The notes below the pieces were generated by a model. That model saw only the letters and a program-made list of their open reading frames with translations, made no database searches and was not told where the DNA came from. This document shows positions 33,838-34,342 of a DNA stretch of 34,342 bases, piece by piece (position 1 is the stretch's first letter; every line of letters starts with the position of its first letter). The DNA comes from Nitrospirota bacterium. GTDB taxonomy: Bacteria; Nitrospirota; UBA9217. Where the stretch lies: assembly GCA_029858565.1 (NCBI GenBank), contig JAOUEV010000037.1, forward strand, positions 1 to 34,342, in the 5' to 3' direction. The position numbers and the translations under genes were made by a program.

Positions 33838-34263
33838 ATGGTCGCTGAAAAAGGAAAAATGCTCCTCGAGATCGTCGCTCCGAGCCGCCAGGTCGTCCGC
33901 TCGGAGCGTGTCGATGAAGTGATCGCTCCCGGCAGCGAAGGCGAGTTCGGTGTGCTTCCCGGCCATACGCCTTTCCTGGCCACGCTGAAAGTCGGCATGC
34001 TCTCGTACCGCGAAGGCACGGAATGGCACCATATCGCCGTGGACTGGGGATACGCCGAGGTTGGCGCGGACCGGGTGATCATCCTGGCCGAAGGCGCGGA
34101 CCGTGCCGCGGATATCGACATCGCTGAAGCGCGGCTTGCCAAGGAACGGGCCGAGCAGCTTCTGGGCGGCAAGCTCGATATCAAGGATTACGAAAAGACC
34201 CGGATTGAGCTGTTGCGCGCCATGATCCGCATCCAGGTGGCCGAGAGGCACAGCCAGAAGTAG
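33838..34263 (+). CDS. atpC: ATP synthase F1 subunit epsilon
   Basis: LEIVAP...PGSEGEFGVLPGHTPFL..LK.G; start uncertain (33802, 33811 or 33838). Confidence 0.95.
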   Translation: MVAEKGKMLLEIVAPSRQVVRSERVDEVIAPGSEGEFGVLPGHTPFLATLKVGMLSYREGTEWHHIAVDWGYAEVGADRVIILAEGADRAADIDIAEARLAKERAEQLLGGKLDIKDYEKTRIELLRAMIRIQVAERHSQK

Positions 34264-34298
34264 CATACAACCTCTATCGTGATCCATCAACCTACGCG

Positions 34299-34333
34299 AA
34301 AGCGGTCCTGTGAAAACAGGACCGCTTTTTTTT
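34299..34333 (+). terminator. Rho-independent terminator of the atp operon
   Basis: aaagcggtcctgt-gaaa-acaggaccgcttt followed by a T-tract. Confidence 0.92.
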
Positions 34334-34342
34334 GGATTCGCA

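Overview
GC-rich bacterial chromosomal window. The split atp operon, LemA, multiheme cytochrome and hybrid kinases resemble Nitrospirota or Deltaproteobacteria, but this is inference only. Two visibly lower-GC defence patches are present. Patch 1 (1-3060) holds hicAB, a truncated Mrr N-terminus, an HTH_17 regulator, an amino-MTase convergently overlapping a PD-(D/E)xK REase, and an XhoI/PaeR7I-like protein whose catalytic motif is altered. Patch 2 (19150-22600) holds dcm-vsr-HNH abutting the orphan tail of a Type IIG RM gene, followed by a four-helix-bundle gene. Between the patches lie a minus-strand run (uvrA, lipoprotein, nadB, beta-propeller lipoprotein, HAO-like multiheme cytochrome), a hybrid PAS kinase, and a TonB receptor/substrate-binding protein/EAL signalling cassette with an internal deletion. 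The right end carries prfC, lemA and atpF'FHAGDC. The best candidate for an undescribed system is a translationally coupled pair: a nine-CxxCH HAO-fold cytochrome and a TolB-like beta-propeller lipoprotein, both ending in SHOCT-like domains. Also notable is that every non-overlapping intergenic gap of the atp operon contains a different heptamer repeat tract. Family assignments come from motif recognition by eye; no searches were run.
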